From the IMG/VR virus record IMGVR_UViG_3300045988_085211, positions 1 through 43,823 of that record: a stretch of 43,823 nt of DNA. One strand, 5' to 3'. The translations under genes were made by a program, and so were the position numbers. Below the pieces are notes generated by a model that searched no databases, was not told where the DNA came from, and saw only the letters and a program-made list of their open reading frames with translations. The DNA is from a virus. Position 1 is the first letter of the stretch. Each line of letters starts with the position of its first letter. Below, piece by piece: positions 40,934 through 43,823 of this stretch.

Positions 40934-40956
40934 CTCTGGTGCTACCGACACCAGAG
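40934..40956 (-). terminator. Hairpin CTCTGGTG-N7-CACCAGAG with its U-tract on the - strand only
   Basis: Perfect 8-bp stem; the - strand reads ...CACCAGAGCGGTTTTTAATTG. Confidence 0.5.
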
Positions 40957-41042
40957 CAAGTACCTTGACAATATAATACACTTACCCGGGAAGCCGAGGA
41001 ACGGTTGCATCTACTCCGAGCCTGTGAAGGGGGATGATGCCG

Positions 41043-41129
41043 ATGGTTACATATTCTGATCTGTTCACGTTTGTGATAATGATATGTGCTATTGTTACAC
41101 TAGTTTGTAATTTCAGACATAAAAAATAA
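41043..41129 (+). CDS. 28-aa hydrophobic type I toxin candidate (Hol-Tox/Fst-like)
   Basis: RBS GAAGGGGGA 8 nt upstream; MVTYSDLFTFVIMICAIVTLVCNFRHKK has a single TM helix and a basic tail; below the ORF-track cutoff. Confidence 0.6.
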   Translation: MVTYSDLFTFVIMICAIVTLVCNFRHKK

Positions 41130-41164
41130 CCGTCCAGCTCCTGAGAAAAGTTGACGGCTATTTT
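41121..41164. terminator. Putative bidirectional terminator shared by the toxin mRNA and the antisense RNA
   Basis: A-run, CCGTC..GACGG stem, T-run; readable from both strands; the stem is weak. Confidence 0.4.
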
Positions 41165-41219
41165 CCATTGATTTTTCGCCGGAGTAGATAGCTGACACCT
41201 ATCTATCGGCTTTCCTGTT
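41122..41219 (-). ncRNA. Putative antisense antitoxin sRNA (about 95 nt)
   Basis: Starts about 7 nt after the consensus promoter; has an 11-bp 5' stem-loop; ends at the terminator whose U-tract overlaps the toxin stop codon. Confidence 0.5.
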
Positions 41220-41225
41220 AAGTGT

Positions 41226-41254
41226 ATTATATGTGATATGTATACTTTTGTCAA
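41226..41254 (-). promoter_or_regulatory. Perfect-consensus sigma-70 promoter firing leftward
   Basis: TTGACA (41254-41249), exactly 17 bp, TATAAT (41231-41226). Confidence 0.7.
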
Positions 41255-41258
41255 ATGG

Positions 41259-41284
41259 CCATTTTGCCAACGTTGGCAAAATGG
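41259..41284. repeat. 26-bp perfect palindrome CCATTTTGCCAAC/GTTGGCAAAATGG
   Basis: Every position 41259-41271 pairs with 41284-41272. Confidence 0.95.
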
Positions 41285-41335
41285 TGTAAACCGATATTAC
41301 CAAAAAGATAATGAAACTGTATGGAAAGGAAAAAT

Positions 41336-42445
41336 ATGGACGATTTCAAAGATCAATTACAAGCTATGCTTTTACGTAATACAAGCCATACCAAAGAACA
41401 GCCTGTTGCACCCACAAACTCTGATGAATCGCAAGTGATTTCTCCGGATTCGCCAGCAAAGGAAGTTGTACTCTACCAAACAGATGACGGCAATGTAAAC
41501 GTCTCTGTGATATACTATAATGAATCATTTTGGCTTACACAAAAAGCTATGGGGGAATTGTTTGGAGTTAACTCTCAAGCAATAACAAAACATCTAAGAA
41601 ATATTTACGAAGAGGGCGAGCTTTCTAAAGAAGCAACTTGTTCCAAAATGGAACAAGTTCAAATTGAAGGTAATCGTGAAGTAAAACGTAATCTCGATTT
41701 TTACAATCTTGATGCTATTATTGCAGTTGGATATCGGATAAGTTCTATGAAAGCCACTAAATTTCGTCAATGGGCAACTACTACCCTAAAAGAATATATA
41801 ATCAAAGGCTTTGTGCTTAATGATGATATGTTGAAGAATGGTCCCAAATTCGGAAAAGACTATTTTGACGAATTACTGGAAAGAATCAAAGAAATTCGCG
41901 CCAGCGAACGACGGTTCTATCAGAAGATCACGGACATCTACGCGCAATGCAGCTACGATTATGATCCTAAAAGTGAAACAACACGGACCTTTTTCAAAAC
42001 GGTCCAAAACAAGTTGCTCTTTGCAATTACAGGACACACCGCACCTGAGATTATTCATGATCGTGCGGACAGTACCAAGGATCATATGGGGATGCAGACA
42101 TGGAAAAATGCTCCAGATGGTAAAATTTTGAAGTCAGATGTTACCGTATCCAAAAATTATCTCTCAAAAGAAGAGATTTCCGGATTAAATGATATCGTCA
42201 ATATGTATCTGGATTATGCAGAAAACCAAGCAAAACGAAATAAGCTGATGTCCATGAATGATTGGATAACAAAATTAGATTCGTTTTTACAGTTTAATGA
42301 ATATGATCTGATGGAAAACCTCGGAATCATCTCTCGCGAAGTAGCAAATTCCTTAGCAATAAAGGAATATGAGAAATACAGAGTTATTCAAGATGATAAT
42401 TATGTTTCTGATTTCGATAAAGCCACAAAGAAATATTTGAAATAA
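41336..42445 (+). CDS. RhuM-family protein
   Basis: VSVIYYNESFWLTQKAMGELFG..NLDAIIAVGYRISS..ASERRFYQKITDIYA signature of RhuM-like proteins. Confidence 0.75.
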   Translation: MDDFKDQLQAMLLRNTSHTKEQPVAPTNSDESQVISPDSPAKEVVLYQTDDGNVNVSVIYYNESFWLTQKAMGELFGVNSQAITKHLRNIYEEGELSKEATCSKMEQVQIEGNREVKRNLDFYNLDAIIAVGYRISSMKATKFRQWATTTLKEYIIKGFVLNDDMLKNGPKFGKDYFDELLERIKEIRASERRFYQKITDIYAQCSYDYDPKSETTRTFFKTVQNKLLFAITGHTAPEIIHDRADSTKDHMGMQTWKNAPDGKILKSDVTVSKNYLSKEEISGLNDIVNMYLDYAENQAKRNKLMSMNDWITKLDSFLQFNEYDLMENLGIISREVANSLAIKEYEKYRVIQDDNYVSDFDKATKKYLK

Positions 42446-42602
42446 TAAAACCGCCCTGCTCTACCAAAGCAAGGCGGCAAGCTCCCGAATGATACGAAAG
42501 CCCTAAGCAAGCATATTGTATCATTCTCGGAGCAGCTACGCAAGCGGAACACCCGTTCCACGCTGGCTGTTATTTTTATACACAATTTTAAGGAGGTACA
42601 AT

Positions 42603-43610
42603 ATGAATGCAAGAAAATTACCATCCGGATCTTGGAGAGCACGGCTCTTTCTGGGTGAGGATGAGCAGGGAAAGAAACACTACAAATCTTTTACAGCTCC
42701 AACAAAACGCGAGGCTGAAAAGCTGGCTCTTACATACGAAGCAGAGCAAGCAAAGGAAAATGATATCTCTTTCGGCAAAGCTTACGAAAATTATTTGGCA
42801 CTAAAATCTAATATTCTGTCTCCTTCTACGCTACGCGGTTACCGGCAAATGGAAAGCTATTTTAAAGAGATTAAAGACATAAGAGTGTCAGATATAGATC
42901 AGGAAACTGTCAAAGCCTTTATCAATAAGTTTGCGGGGAAATATTCGCCTAAAACTACACGTAACTGCTATAGCCTGCTTTGCGCTGTTATTCGTTCCGA
43001 AATTCCGAATGCAGACTTTAAAATAACGCTTCCTCAAAAAGAAGTGTTAACCTACTACATTCCAAAAGACCAGGAAATAAAAAAGATCCTTGATTACACA
43101 AAAGAAAAGAATTATGACCTATACATTGCAATTTTGCTCGCTTCTATTGGCACCCTACGTAGATCAGAAATTTGTGGTTTGACGATCTCTGATGTCGATG
43201 GTAACATAGTACATATACACAATGTTGTAGTTAAGGGGCCAAATAAAGAATGGGTTCTTAAACAGGTACCAAAAAATAGCACGTCTGACAGATATGTGGA
43301 ATATCCCGATTTTGTTATTTCGGAACTTCCAAAAGAGGGGAAACTTTGTAACCTGAATCCCGATAGGATCACAAACGAGTTTGGACGCGCTTTGAAGAAA
43401 CTTGGATTGCCACATTTTCGTTTTCATGATCTTCGCCATTATGCAGCTACAATTATGCATGCAATGGGTGTGCCAGAAGCATATGTAATGGAGCGTGGGG
43501 GGTGGAAAACAAATACAACTCTAAATCAGGTTTACAGAGGAACACGTTCTGATTTTTCAAAAAAATATGCGGCCCAGACAAATGCATATTTCGGAAAACA
43601 TCTAAGCTGA
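42603..43610 (+). CDS. int: Tyrosine recombinase/phage integrase with N-terminal arm-binding domain
   Basis: RBS AAGGAGG; KLPSGSWRARLF arm-type N-terminus; HDLRH..GGWKT..VYRG catalytic region. Confidence 0.95.
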   Translation: MNARKLPSGSWRARLFLGEDEQGKKHYKSFTAPTKREAEKLALTYEAEQAKENDISFGKAYENYLALKSNILSPSTLRGYRQMESYFKEIKDIRVSDIDQETVKAFINKFAGKYSPKTTRNCYSLLCAVIRSEIPNADFKITLPQKEVLTYYIPKDQEIKKILDYTKEKNYDLYIAILLASIGTLRRSEICGLTISDVDGNIVHIHNVVVKGPNKEWVLKQVPKNSTSDRYVEYPDFVISELPKEGKLCNLNPDRITNEFGRALKKLGLPHFRFHDLRHYAATIMHAMGVPEAYVMERGGWKTNTTLNQVYRGTRSDFSKKYAAQTNAYFGKHLS

Positions 43611-43636
43611 TTCGTGTCATCTTTCGTGTCATCTAA
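43611..43636 (+). promoter_or_regulatory. Tandem TTCGTGTCATCT x2 (putative integrase arm-type sites), right copy
   Basis: Identical to 59-84; begins at the base after the int stop codon. Confidence 0.5.
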
Positions 43637-43699
43637 TTTAATTTTCGGGGTTCTGATTTCGTATTTTATCTTTGCAATTAGAATTTGAAATTATAGAAA

Positions 43700-43749
43700 A
43701 ATCCAGTATTTACAAGGATTGTAGCGTTATCCATTGCAAATACTGGATT
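43700..43749. repeat. 12-bp perfect inverted repeat AATCCAGTATTT ... AAATACTGGATT in the att arm
   Basis: Arms at 43700-43711 and 43738-43749 with a 26-nt spacer; 20 nt upstream of the core. Confidence 0.85.
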
Positions 43750-43768
43750 GTATAAAAAAGAGCTTTAT

Positions 43769-43823
43769 CGGGTTCAATTCCCGTCATCAGCTCTTTTTTT
43801 ATGCCTAAAATAAGGCATTCTTA
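43769..43823. repeat. Terminal direct repeat copy 2 (att core, or circular-assembly overlap)
   Basis: Exact identity with 1-55. Confidence 0.9.

Larger units (their letters stand above)
1..43823. mobile_element. Complete temperate siphovirus-type phage/prophage genome bounded by identical 55-bp repeats
   Basis: Integrase and CI/Cro switch, recombination/replication, packaging, head, tail and lysis modules in canonical order; bases 1-55 equal 43769-43823. Confidence 0.9.

Noticed and set aside
40965-40977. TTGACA and TATAAT on the + strand as a normal toxin promoter
   Set aside because: The two hexamers are separated by only 1 nt, so they cannot work together. The TATAAT box has no -35 box at 16-18 nt. 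Toxin transcription may be weak or come from read-through.
40982-41254. Listed 90-aa - strand ORF in the gap between the Mrr-like gene and rhuM
   Set aside because: It has no convincing RBS and an odd composition. It runs antisense across a far better explained toxin mini-ORF, and its 5' end lies at or upstream of the predicted start of the promoter-driven antisense RNA. It is more likely non-coding.

Overview
The window is a complete temperate siphovirus-type phage or prophage genome of about 43.8 kb, with Firmicutes/Clostridia-like gene content. It runs from att core to att core: bases 1-55 are identical to 43769-43823 and carry a tRNA 3'-end-like fragment. The right end on the + strand holds the lysogeny and moron genes: a CI-like XRE repressor, an ImmA-like protein, a membrane-embedded Mrr-type nuclease-domain protein, a hidden type I toxin-antitoxin locus, a RhuM-family protein and a tyrosine integrase. 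All lytic genes run on the - strand from a Cro-type switch near 38.9 kb. In transcription order they are: small early genes; DUF1351/ERF/NinB-like recombination genes; RusA; a DnaD-like replication initiator; a PP-loop (PAPS-reductase-like) enzyme; a C5 cytosine methyltransferase with five TRD-like repeats; a sigma/ArpU-like regulator; a PanA (DUF4065) plus 3-TM-protein moron; DUF4417; a fused TerS-TerL terminase; portal; MuF-like protein; scaffold; capsid; connectors; major tail protein; chaperones; tape measure; Dit/Tal; two fibre proteins (one with a metallophosphoesterase domain); holin; and amidase. I saw no rRNA, CRISPR array, transposase or recognisable excisionase. The best candidates for novel biology are: (1) the PanA-like antitoxin coupled to an unassignable 3-TM protein under its own consensus promoter; (2) an unannotated 28-aa toxin with a convergent antisense RNA; (3) a conserved CTAAAATTGGTACAAAT promoter-associated element that heads each late operon just after a terminator; (4) the membrane-embedded Mrr nuclease; (5) the PP-loop enzyme with a structured leader next to the multi-TRD methyltransferase; and (6) the TerS-TerL fusion preceded by a tRNA-like element. 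All family assignments come from motif recognition by eye. No database search was run.
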